From: a virus
Lineage: Duplodnaviria; Caudoviricetes
Virus record (IMG/VR): IMGVR_UViG_3300028888_000049
Direction: 5' to 3' (one strand)
Length of the DNA: 64,000 nucleotides
A program made the translations under genes and the position numbers. Each line of letters opens with the position of its first letter. Positions within the stretch are counted from its first letter, which is position 1. Shown piece after piece: positions 1-9,062 of the stretch. The notes under the pieces were generated by a model. The model was not told the DNA's origin. It was given only the letters and a program-made list of their open reading frames with translations, and made no database searches.

Positions 1-70
1 ATTTTTATATGCTATTTTATGCTAAAAGTATATAATTTTAATGTATTTTTGTAGGTGATTGTTATTATTG

Positions 71-1219
71 TTATTTTTTAGGTTTTGGAGCAACGTTACC
101 TGTTTTATGTATAAAGTTTATAGGAGAAATAATTTTACGTTTAACAAATTCTTTCTTTTTAACAGCCTTCTCTTCGGGCTTGTTAGTAACTTTTTCTTCT
201 AATTTTTTAGTATTTTCAACTGGTATATTTTCTTTTATTTCTATATCTATTACTGGGAGTTTTTTCTTAATTTCTTGTTTAGGTTTAGATTCTTGGTTTA
301 AAAGATCCAATACACGTTTTTCTCTAAATTTTGGGGTTAAAAACACACATTTTTCTGAAATTAATGTATTTGGTTGTTTTTTGGCCTCTGGTGAGAGTTT
401 TTCTTTTTTATTATAGATTGATATATTTTTATCTTTTCGTGTGTGTACGGCTAATACAATGGCGATTTGAAGGAAATCTGTACCAACAATCACTAATAAG
501 ATCAAAATTGTTAAAGAATTTTGAAGTTTGTCGTATGAATCACATGAAGTTTGAGTAAATTTACATATGGTAGAGAGAATAGATGCTACTTCTGATTGAT
601 TCTTTGATGTTTTTTCTGTAGTATCTACTGTTTCTTGTAAATTTGTATCTGCTTTAGCTAATGCTTCTTTTAATGCTATAGATACTTTATTATCAAGGGA
701 TCTTTTTGTATTATTACATTTGTTTTCAGCCCACTTATTTTTATTAGCACGAGCTATACAGTTTTCATAATCCATTCTATTCCAATCCATTGCACTTTTA
801 TATTCTTCCTGAGCCATTTTAGCAAGATCTTCAGAACGATTATGTTTAATAACTGCATTATCTGCTTCTTTTAAGTATTTTGCCATATCAATCATAGCTT
901 GTCTAGTAGAAGGAGCTATTAAAGAGTCTAATTTAGCATAAATACCGGCACCACTATAACAAAATAGTAATGCTAATATAATACATATAAAGTATTTTAC
1001 TACTCTGAGATTAGACCATTCATTTACAGTAAAGTTAAATAAAATAAATCTTCCTAAGTCTATTATAATAAATAAAGAAAGAATAAACATACCAGCTGCT
1101 GAAAATAGGTTAGTCATACCTAATGCAGTCATAATTGAACTCATACAGCTTAATATTGCGGCAATAAAAAGCATAAATTGATATTTAAATGGCATAATAA
1201 AAAGCTCCAATATAAGCAA
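71..1219 (-). CDS. Membrane protein with N-terminal TM helices, coiled-coil domain and Lys-rich tail
   Basis: 382 aa ORF; three N-terminal hydrophobic segments, one near aa 235-258, coiled-coil between. Confidence 0.6.
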   Translation of the reverse strand: MLILELFIMPFKYQFMLFIAAILSCMSSIMTALGMTNLFSAAGMFILSLFIIIDLGRFILFNFTVNEWSNLRVVKYFICIILALLFCYSGAGIYAKLDSLIAPSTRQAMIDMAKYLKEADNAVIKHNRSEDLAKMAQEEYKSAMDWNRMDYENCIARANKNKWAENKCNNTKRSLDNKVSIALKEALAKADTNLQETVDTTEKTSKNQSEVASILSTICKFTQTSCDSYDKLQNSLTILILLVIVGTDFLQIAIVLAVHTRKDKNISIYNKKEKLSPEAKKQPNTLISEKCVFLTPKFREKRVLDLLNQESKPKQEIKKKLPVIDIEIKENIPVENTKKLEEKVTNKPEEKAVKKKEFVKRKIISPINFIHKTGNVAPKPKK

Positions 1220-1274
1220 GCACTCATATTAGAACTTTTATTTTTCTTATACGAAACAATAGTATTTAATAGCT

Positions 1275-1511
1275 TTAAGCTGTTCTCATGATATAAATAA
1301 CACGAATGAAATCTTTAGAAGATGATGGTAATTCTGCAGTATCATGTGTCCAACGCGCGCAAGTAGTATAAGATCTACCAGGAAAGTGTTTTTTTACAGT
1401 AGAAATATTATCACTAATATATCCTTGATTTTTAAAGCTATAAATTTCATCCCCTATTTCCATCTGTTCTAGTTTAGTTAATAGAGAATCAGCCGATCGT
1501 GGTTTAGGCAT
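1275..1511 (-). CDS. Hypothetical protein
   Basis: 78 aa ORF with AGGAG RBS, downstream of a TTTACA-type promoter. Confidence 0.6.
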   Translation of the reverse strand: MPKPRSADSLLTKLEQMEIGDEIYSFKNQGYISDNISTVKKHFPGRSYTTCARWTHDTAELPSSSKDFIRVIYIMRTA

Positions 1512-1691
1512 TTTTAGTAAAGTCTCCTTATTTATTTATTCAATATTATTGTAATATTATATTGAACTGTATTTTTTAGAATAAATAATCTATTTAAAAC
1601 TTATAGTATAAAAATAAATCACCATATTCTTTTATTATATAATATGATGATCTATATAAATTGTAAAGCAAATAGTTTATACTGTGCGAAA

Positions 1692-2006
1692 TTATTTTTC
1701 AATGAACTCATCTTTTAAAGTTTTAGTATATTTCATACAATGACAAGTAATACTAGTTTTACCGTCTTTAAGATCTTCTTCAGTTAAATATGCTTCTCTA
1801 AAAAATCTACACATACAATAATAACTGTTTCCGTCTTCAGCTATGGTCTTAGCATCTTTATTAGTAGGCATATTCCAACCTTTTGGCATACATGGGCATT
1901 TAAAATTATGTTTAGCTAAGCCTTCATTAATTTTACTTACATGATCTTCATTCGGATTCAATGTAATAGTATAATTTTGATTATTTTCTAAAATTTCTTT
2001 ATTCAT
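1692..2006 (-). CDS. Ferredoxin-thioredoxin reductase catalytic-subunit-like protein
   Basis: CPC ... CMC ... CHC cysteine pattern resembling the FTR beta CPC/CPC/CHC signature. Confidence 0.6.
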   Translation of the reverse strand: MNKEILENNQNYTITLNPNEDHVSKINEGLAKHNFKCPCMPKGWNMPTNKDAKTIAEDGNSYYCMCRFFREAYLTEEDLKDGKTSITCHCMKYTKTLKDEFIEK

Positions 2007-2007
2007 C

Positions 2008-2634
2008 TTACAAATCTTTCTTAAAAACGTTATTACAATGTATTATAATATCTTCTGCATTAATTGGTGTATAAGGAGCAGTATTTATTATGTTAGAACT
2101 AGTATCAACTCCTACATGTACACATGGAAAGCCCAAACTTTCATAAATTTTATCATAATTATTAGCATTATGAATATGACCATATAAACCTATAACAGAT
2201 ATATCTTTACTATCTTTATTTCTAAATATATGATTTGGTTCAAGAATAGGCCAATGCATCATTACAAAAGTATATACTTTACCATTATCAGCTTCATACT
2301 TATATTCATGATAAGTACGCATAGACTGAATCAGATTTTCATTTAATAACCTAGCTAATACTTTTGAACGGTCATGATTTCCAAGTATAACATGCACATT
2401 TCCGTTCAATCTCTTAAATATTTCTCTTAGCTTATCTGGATTATTTGCCATAGAAATATCACCTAAATGATATACAAGATCATTCGGTTTTACAACTCTA
2501 TTCCAATTTTCTATTAAAGCTTCATCATGTTCTTCTATAGTATCAAAAGGTCTTCCTTTACCCATTCCAAGTAAATTTTTATGACCGAAATGAGTATCAG
2601 AAGTAAAAAATACATTATATTCTTTCATTAGCAA
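2008..2634 (-). CDS. Calcineurin-like metallophosphoesterase
   Basis: SDTHFGH, HLGD, GNHD and GHIH motifs. Confidence 0.9.
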   Translation of the reverse strand: MLMKEYNVFFTSDTHFGHKNLLGMGKGRPFDTIEEHDEALIENWNRVVKPNDLVYHLGDISMANNPDKLREIFKRLNGNVHVILGNHDRSKVLARLLNENLIQSMRTYHEYKYEADNGKVYTFVMMHWPILEPNHIFRNKDSKDISVIGLYGHIHNANNYDKIYESLGFPCVHVGVDTSSNIINTAPYTPINAEDIIIHCNNVFKKDL

Positions 2635-4501
2635 TTTTCCAAATCTTTTATATTTAAAATAGTTGAAGTTGTATATTTATCTTCATTATTGAACAGAGAA
2701 TAAGAAATACATAATCTTCCACCATCTAAAAGATTTACTTTTTCTAATTCAATTCCTTTTGTAGGGTTATTTTTACCTATATTATTATTCAAGTATTTAC
2801 TACAAACAGTATTTAATTCTTCTTGTAATTTATAGTATTTATAAATGTCATTTCTATCCATTTTTAATCCTCACATTCTTTTAAATCTTCTTTTTCAAAA
2901 TCAATAACAAAGAAATATGTACTCGGTTTTGTATTGTCAGTTCTCCATACTTCTAATCCTGCAGAACATTCTTTATTTAATACTAACATTACTTGTTTTG
3001 ATTTATTTAAATCTATTTCTTCTACTTTTATATCATTAATTTTAGTAACTACCCATTTTAATGCTAATGTACCAAATATAATGGAACAAAAAATAATTAA
3101 TAATATCTTTAAAGTACTACTCATTTATTACTATCCTTTTCTAAATCTATTTTTAAATCCTTAATTTTTACTAATGTTTTTTGTGGATTAATATTCTGTA
3201 TTTGTTTATTAAAAGAAGCAATTATACCTATTTCTTTTAATTCTTTAAACGCAGAATCATTCAGACAATCAATTATAAATGCTTTCATAGCTTTATAATC
3301 TTTAAATTTAATACCGTCTTTATCTAAAATCATTCCATATTTATCTAATACAGAATTAATTCCATCTTTCATTACATTATTAATGAAATTTATATTAGCC
3401 TTTTCATTAGATTGCTTTATATCAGAAGCATTTAAAGAATTATCATATTCATTCTCAATATTATCTGTAATAAAATAAATAGTTTTAACTTCTGTTCTAT
3501 CTTTAAAATCATATTTTATATAACACTCATTTGATCTATATAATAATAATCCAGGATAAAACATAGAAGAACGATTTATATTAAAAATATCACAAATTTC
3601 ATAATTACGAATATAAGTATTGTTCCAATATGGCTCTATATCAGCAAGTGTATATTTTAAACGATAACATTTTGTATATTTAATAATTCGACATTTGCCA
3701 ATTTTACGAGGTTTAGACTTATATAATGTACTCTCTAATGTACCATTACTACGCTCATAACGCCATAACGGTTTATTTATAATATCTAACTTCATAAATT
3801 AATCCTTAACATTTTGTTTAAGCATTCTTAATTCAATAGGATTAATAACATCCTCTACTTTATTTTTAGCTAATAACAAAAATTCATTATCTTTTTCTGT
3901 TAGTTGACTAGAATTAGGAATAATCCTTAAATATGCTAAACATTTTTGAACATACATAGATGTTATAGGATCATTTACTCCGATTTTTTGACCATATAAT
4001 ATTAAAGGTTCATGTTGATTATAATTATTATGTTTAATAAAACTAGCAGCCATCTCAATACCAGATAAATACGGATATGCTTCTCTATTAGTACAAAATA
4101 CTCTATCCATATGTACTTTAGTATTATCATTATTCGTTAAGATAACTCCAACATAACTAGTATTACCTTTTTTAGTAGTATATTCATATAACTTCATAAT
4201 ATTTCCTTTATTAATCTACTTTTACTATACTGTTTGGATTATAATCACAAGCTTTTATAATCTGTAACATAAAGTTTTTCCAACTTTCTACAGAACCCCA
4301 ATTATTATCAGGCATATATTCTTCATATTTTTTAGGATCATTCTTTAATGCACTATAAACAATTAAACATAAATCAGCTACTTCATCAGCCTTCATACCA
4401 TTAAATTTATTAGGTTTAAAGCCTAAAATAGCTTCACAAGCTTTACTTCCATTATATGTATGATTTATACATTCGTTATTAACTAAAATATCGTAACTCA
4501 T
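2628..4501 (-). CDS. Run of five hypothetical genes (2628-2861, 2864-3124, 3121-3795, 3799-4197, 4211-4501)
   Basis: Tightly packed or overlapping co-oriented ORFs; no recognisable motifs. Confidence 0.6.
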
Positions 4502-4576
4502 GATAAAATCTCCTTTGTTATTTATGATATATTATTTATAGAACATTATAAATAAAGAGTAAAACCAAAAATAAAA

Positions 4577-4612
4577 AAAGAGATTATAGCTTTAATATAC
4601 TATAATCTCTCT
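4577..4612 (-). terminator. Intrinsic terminator
   Basis: AGAGATTATAG/CTATAATCTCT stem followed by a T-tract on the minus strand. Confidence 0.7.
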
Positions 4613-4949
4613 AAATTTTAACTAATTTGAAAGACTTCACGTTAACTATAATATGATTGACATTATTTTCTTTTGATTTTTTTTAATATGCAACTAAAAA
4701 TAATAAAAAAATCATAATAAAAAAATCGTGGCGAATAATTGTCTTAACATACTTTAATATGCATCATATTCTTTCGTTTTCAGGATAACTAGCTAACTTG
4801 TTAACCCAAAGGATCTTTTTCCACAACGAACTATGAAAATTGAATTTAATAGCTACAAATGATATGTTCAACTGTTAAGATGATATTATCAAAACAATTT
4901 ACAATTATATTTATAACATAAAAATTTAATTTGTAAAGCAAAAAATAAA

Positions 4950-5318
4950 TTATTTTATTAACTTATATACTTTTATTGGCAAAGCTCGTTGAATTGTATC
5001 AACGGTTTCATATTTATGTACTTTATCTTTAGCCATAATATACTTAAAAATACGACCGATATCTTTTCCAGCTTCTGCTTCAGGATCTTCGCAGTCACGT
5101 CTGTTATGATATTGATAAATATAATTTAATGGAGTATTTTTCCATGTACCAAATGATTTTCTACCAACTAAATCAGGTACAGTAAACGTACTATCTTCAT
5201 TATAGGCCATACAACCTTTAATAAGACCAAATACAAATGTATCTAATTCAGCTTGTTGAAATTTAGTGAGTGATTCATAAGATGAGCTCTTATTGGCTTC
5301 ATAACTATTATTGAGCAT
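4950..5318 (-). CDS. DUF1413-like small nucleic-acid-binding protein
   Basis: FTVPDLVG...W...IGRIFK pattern; family call from memory. Confidence 0.4.
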   Translation of the reverse strand: MLNNSYEANKSSSYESLTKFQQAELDTFVFGLIKGCMAYNEDSTFTVPDLVGRKSFGTWKNTPLNYIYQYHNRRDCEDPEAEAGKDIGRIFKYIMAKDKVHKYETVDTIQRALPIKVYKLIK

Positions 5319-5371
5319 AATTGCAATCCTTTTTAAAATTAAAACTGTATGTTATAAGATTATACTTTCTA

Positions 5372-5605
5372 AAAAGAAAAAACCCTAAAGACGAATAACA
5401 CAACGCCTATAAAATTAGTAGTGGTCTTAACGTACCCACCATGTAGTTTGCAATCACTAACGCTAGCCGTGACCTTCTAAGTTAGGGTGTGAACATTTTT
5501 AGCAAAATGGATATCACACTTAACCACTCTCGATAATGTACATCATATATAATAACGCCGCGAACGTTATATGACATACTTCTCATATGTTTTCACGAAA
5601 CACAT
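5372..5605 (-). ncRNA. Candidate structured ncRNA or leader RNA
   Basis: Starts just below a TTTACA promoter (5634-5640); helices TCATATA/TATATGA, GTGTGA/TCACAC, ACCCTAA/TTAGGGT then a U-tract; no ORF of 60 aa or more. Confidence 0.45.
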
Positions 5606-5651
5606 TATTATATATAATATGAAAATTTTAATTTGTAAAGCAGAAAATGAT

Positions 5652-5725
5652 TGGATCGAGAGGATGGGATCGAACCACCATTATAACTGCCAAAAAGTTA
5701 TGTCCTGCCTTTAGACGACTCTCGA
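5652..5725 (-). tRNA. tRNA-Gln(TTG)
   Basis: Acceptor TCGAGAG/CTCTCGA, anticodon arm TAACT-TTTTGGC-AGTTA, TTCGATC T-loop, encoded CCA. Confidence 0.9.
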
Positions 5726-5734
5726 ACAAATACT

Positions 5735-6241
5735 TTATTTATATGTATTATGTTTTAAAATTTCAATAATTGTATCATGTGAAACATTAAATTTTCTACC
5801 TAATCCACGCGTACCAAACTGTTTATCTCTTGGAATATAATTTTTTCGTATCCATTCAACTTGCTTATTTGTTAATTTAGAAGAAGGATGATCTTCGCCT
5901 CTATGAATAGTCACTAAATTATGTTTATATGCATGTATAGTATTTTCAGAATAAGTACACCATTCTAAATTAGTAACAATATTATTTTGTTTATTACCAT
6001 CAATGTGATTAATACATGGTAAATTTTTTTGATTTGGTATAAAAGCTTTAGCTACTAATCTTGATATTTTTATACATTTAGCTTTACCTTTTCTGCCAAA
6101 GGGTTTTAAACAAACCATATGATAACCCATACGTTTATTTAAATAACTTTTTATAATTTTACCAGATCTACCTTTTAATCTACCTAAATTACTAATAAAA
6201 TATCCTGGTATTTCAGTTTCTTTCCATTCTTCTTTTAACAT
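5735..6241 (-). mobile_element. NUMOD4-HNH homing endonuclease inserted in tRNA cluster
   Basis: EEWK..IPGY.ISNLGR (NUMOD4) and INHIDGNKQNN...NLEWCT..EN..H (HNH). Confidence 0.9.
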
Positions 6242-6362
6242 GATATATATAAATTATTCAAATTAATATTTAATTAAAATAAGTATTACTTTTTGAGTTA
6301 CATAATTATAAAGAGTGAGCAGGGACCGTATGATGTAATCTCAGTGTATTGCCCACATAAAA

Positions 6363-6449
6363 TGGTGGACGAGGTTTGATTTGCACAAACTCAGCCAAAA
6401 GGCGACGGTTTTACAGACCGTTACAGCTCTCTAACTCTGTCGCTCGTCC
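6363..6449 (-). tRNA. tRNA-Tyr(GTA) with non-canonical D/T loops
   Basis: Acceptor GGACGAG/CTCGTCC, anticodon arm ACGGT-CTGTAAA-ACCGT, long variable arm, CCA; T-loop TGCAAAT. Confidence 0.85.
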
Positions 6450-6468
6450 GCTAAAATTAAAGATTTAA

Positions 6469-6544
6469 TCGGGTGACTCGGATTCCAACCGAGATTATTC
6501 ATGTTCCCAATACACGTGCCATAAGCAGATTAGGCGATCACCCG
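6469..6544 (-). tRNA. tRNA-Pro(TGG), no encoded CCA
   Basis: Acceptor CGGGTGA/TCACCCG, anticodon loop ATTGGGA, T-loop TTGGAAT. Confidence 0.85.
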
Positions 6545-6549
6545 ATAAA

Positions 6550-6634
6550 TGGCGGAGTGTCTGAGGGTCGAACTCAGAAGACCTTGCGGTCGGTGGTTTT
6601 CAAGACCACTGCAGTACCATTGTGCCAACACTCC
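6550..6634 (-). tRNA. tRNA-Ser(TGA)
   Basis: Acceptor GGAGTGT/ACACTCC, anticodon arm GTGGT-CTTGAAA-ACCAC, long variable arm, G73, CCA. Confidence 0.93.
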
Positions 6635-6879
6635 ACCATAGTATTTCATATTTACAATGTGATTAAAAAAATATCCACAAAACTTAATCTGCGGATATTC
6701 TACTAATATGATGTTAACTACAATAAAATATCCGTATCAGACCATTGATGGTTGATATTGATAAGAGGATTGATATTTCATTACGTTTTTCATCATATTA
6801 TTTAGAACTACTTTTTTATTTTAAAAGATGTAAATAAAAACTTTTTTAATTATTTTTTTAGAATTATATATAAATCTCC

Positions 6880-7127
6880 GATATTTAGTTAACGACTCCT
6901 CGGAAGCGGGATATACGAATAATTCATAACGGTTAACTATTTTATTAGTCTTGCTAAAACTAAAACCTTAGAACAAGTTATTCTAACGTAGGAAATGCTA
7001 AAAACTTATCAAAACCATTCCTGTTGGACCGTACTATAAACATATAGAATATAGTAACAGCCCTGTTTTATAATCTGTTATCATCTTCCTACAGACCAAG
7101 GGAGTTATTATCTTTCAATAACAGAGC
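6880..7127 (-). ncRNA. Candidate structured ncRNA in tRNA island
   Basis: ORF-free; consecutive hairpins TCTGTTAT/ATAACAGA, TACTATA/TATAGTA, TTAGAA/TTCTAA, TAGTTAAC/GTTAACTA. Confidence 0.45.
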
Positions 7128-7133
7128 AAAATT

Positions 7134-7319
7134 TTATTTTTTCTTTTTATTTGAAGGAGTAGCTGAAACTTCCTTCTTAGGACCTTTAGTATTACAAGCT
7201 GGAGCTCTGCCAACATTCTTGCTTACTGTATTTACTGCAGGACACTTCTTTAAGAAATTACCCCAGCGTTTTTTAAACTGTTGTTCTTCAAAAGTCTTCT
7301 TTTTCTCTTCATCTGTCAT
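7134..7319 (-). CDS. Small basic hypothetical protein
   Basis: 61 aa ORF directly downstream of tRNA-Glu. Confidence 0.5.
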   Translation of the reverse strand: MTDEEKKKTFEEQQFKKRWGNFLKKCPAVNTVSKNVGRAPACNTKGPKKEVSATPSNKKKK

Positions 7320-7353
7320 CTTTTTATTACTTTCTTTCTACTATTAGCACAAA

Positions 7354-7430
7354 TGGTACGATCGACGGGCTACGATCCCGTGTTTTCGCCGTGAAAGGGC
7401 GATGAACTAGTCCAACTATTCGACGATCGC
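7354..7430 (-). tRNA. tRNA-Glu(TTC)
   Basis: Acceptor GCGATCG/CGATCGT, anticodon arm TCGCC-CTTTCAC-GGCGA, CCA; T-loop ATCGTAG. Confidence 0.9.
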
Positions 7431-7542
7431 ATTTTTATAATATTATATATAAAGTTTTTTATATTTGTAAAGCCGAAAAAGTTCATCACTCTTTCTCTTT
7501 ATAATGTTTTTTTTATATCAATTTATTTAAAAATATAAAAGC

Positions 7543-7617
7543 TGGTGCCTTCGGCGATGAATCGAACACGCATTGACGGAGTACAAAACCGTTTTCCTAC
7601 CATTGAAAGACGAAGGC
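7543..7617 (-). tRNA. tRNA-Thr(TGT)
   Basis: Acceptor GCCTTCG/CGAAGGC, anticodon loop TTTGTAC, TTCGATT T-loop with a bulged T-stem, CCA. Confidence 0.85.
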
Positions 7618-7621
7618 TTAT

Positions 7622-7697
7622 TGGCTGGAGTGGAGGGTTACGATCCCCCGACATCTTGATTAACAGTCAAGTGTTCTACCAACTGAACTACACTCCA
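7622..7697 (-). tRNA. tRNA-Asn(GTT)
   Basis: Acceptor TGGAGTG/CACTCCA, anticodon arm CTTGA-CTGTTAA-TCAAG, CCA; T-loop ATCGTAA. Confidence 0.93.
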
Positions 7698-7704
7698 ACA
7701 ATGA

Positions 7705-8019
7705 TTTAAGTTTTTGACTGAAGGACTCCTGACTACCTCCAAACTCTTACGCAAATAAGCATATTATTCAGTCACATCCACAAAAGTTAGCTATTCTTTT
7801 GTTTATAAGGATGAGAGGATTGAATACCTCCAAATGGATACAGATATCAGCCTGTCACAATACGGTTTGTCCATTTCTTACGTCACTATAGGTTAGCCGA
7901 CCCATGCTATTTCAACCTTATATTTCTTATTTACTATCGCCTACGCAAACCTTTTCAGATTCCACGTAGCTTCCTTATCTGCTATCAACAGATTATTAGG
8001 AACAAGTCAAAAACTTAAA
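7705..8019 (-). ncRNA. Large multi-branched ncRNA, possibly a compact ROOL/GOLLD-like RNA
   Basis: Perfect 15-bp closing helix TTTAAGTTTTTGACT/AGTCAAAAACTTAAA, about seven internal helices, own GTTCTA promoter at 8052-8057, abuts tRNA-Asn. Confidence 0.7.
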
Positions 8020-8139
8020 AACTTTTGCATATTCACTATTTAAGTAATATATAGAACTATTTTTATTTAAAATAAAATAGAAAAATATATTATTTTTTAT
8101 AACTTTTTAGCATCTATTCCAGAAACGACCGGAGTTTTA

Positions 8140-8230
8140 GAAAAAAGAGAGAGATAAGACGGAGGAACTATTTGACAAATCATTTTAAAATCTTATCTCT
8201 CAATTTTATATCACTACCGACGCGATATGA
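8140..8230 (-). ncRNA. Candidate ~90 nt sRNA with anti-SD sequence
   Basis: TTTACA-N17-TATAAA promoter (8235-8264), 11-bp GAGAGATAAGA/TCTTATCTCTC stem plus U-tract, TCCTCC in the loop. Confidence 0.45.
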
Positions 8231-8277
8231 ATATTTTATACAATATATAATTTTATTTGTAAAGCCGTTTTTTTCAC

Positions 8278-8982
8278 TTAATCAGGTAATTGAAAAGCTA
8301 ATATATCTACTACATACTGCAAATTATTAAGATAGTCTTTAAATGTTTCAGGTTTCCAATATGTAAAATTATTTTTCTCTTTGGCTTTGGTAAATATATT
8401 CTTATATTGTTTATATATCTTGCAAAATTCTAATAATTCTTTCTTTGTTCTAATTTTACCTTCAGCAATAGCCTCCTGTATTTCAGTATGTGCAATAAAT
8501 AAACTTTGTTGAGTATATGCTCTAATTTCAGATGGATGATTATAATACGCCCAAGGGTTACTATTAACACTTTTATCATCTGGTTTATCTATACCCTTTT
8601 TTCTATCATCGACATGTACTAATTCATGTAAAACAGTAGATAAGTTTTCACTAATATATTCTTGAAAACAGTCTATTGCATATATTTTATCTTTATTAGA
8701 AGAATAACCATCAACAGGTACATTATCATCTAATGCTGGAAACATTACGGTAGGTAAGTCTTCATCAATCTTTAAAACTGCAGCACTTACATCTGCTTTA
8801 AAACTTTTGTTTGTTAATAAGTAAATAATATCTTTATCTCTAAAGAATACACCTGATAGGTTTTTAAGATTATGAATGTACTCTGGATTTTCTTTTAATA
8901 AATTAAGTTCTGACATTAAATCTTTTATTTGATTTAAGATTGTAAGTCTTTGGTTTGTTAATTCTTCGTTATCTAATTTCAT
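8278..8982 (-). CDS. HExxH zinc-metallopeptidase-like protein
   Basis: VLHELVH ... YYNHPSEIRAY (HExxH plus downstream Glu ligand). Confidence 0.65.
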   Translation of the reverse strand: MKLDNEELTNQRLTILNQIKDLMSELNLLKENPEYIHNLKNLSGVFFRDKDIIYLLTNKSFKADVSAAVLKIDEDLPTVMFPALDDNVPVDGYSSNKDKIYAIDCFQEYISENLSTVLHELVHVDDRKKGIDKPDDKSVNSNPWAYYNHPSEIRAYTQQSLFIAHTEIQEAIAEGKIRTKKELLEFCKIYKQYKNIFTKAKEKNNFTYWKPETFKDYLNNLQYVVDILAFQLPD

Positions 8983-9062
8983 AGTATAATATCCTCATTT
9001 TTGTTAACTATGAATATAATATAGCGAATAATTTTATAAAAGTAAAGCCAAAAATTTCAATT

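Noticed and set aside
4683-4750. Hydrophobic type I toxin-like peptide
   Set aside because: Counting the T-runs gives only 12- and 10-codon ORFs with no clear RBS
6312-6362. Theta (HDV-like) ribozyme after tRNA-Tyr
   Set aside because: The stem does not start at the tRNA 3' end and I could not build the nested double pseudoknot
6473-6706. 77 aa plus-strand ORF
   Set aside because: Antisense to tRNA-Pro and tRNA-Ser; spurious
7705-8019. tmRNA, RNase P RNA or group I intron identity for the large ncRNA
   Set aside because: No tRNA-like ends with tag ORF, no GAGGAAAGUCC RNase P core, and no interrupted host gene
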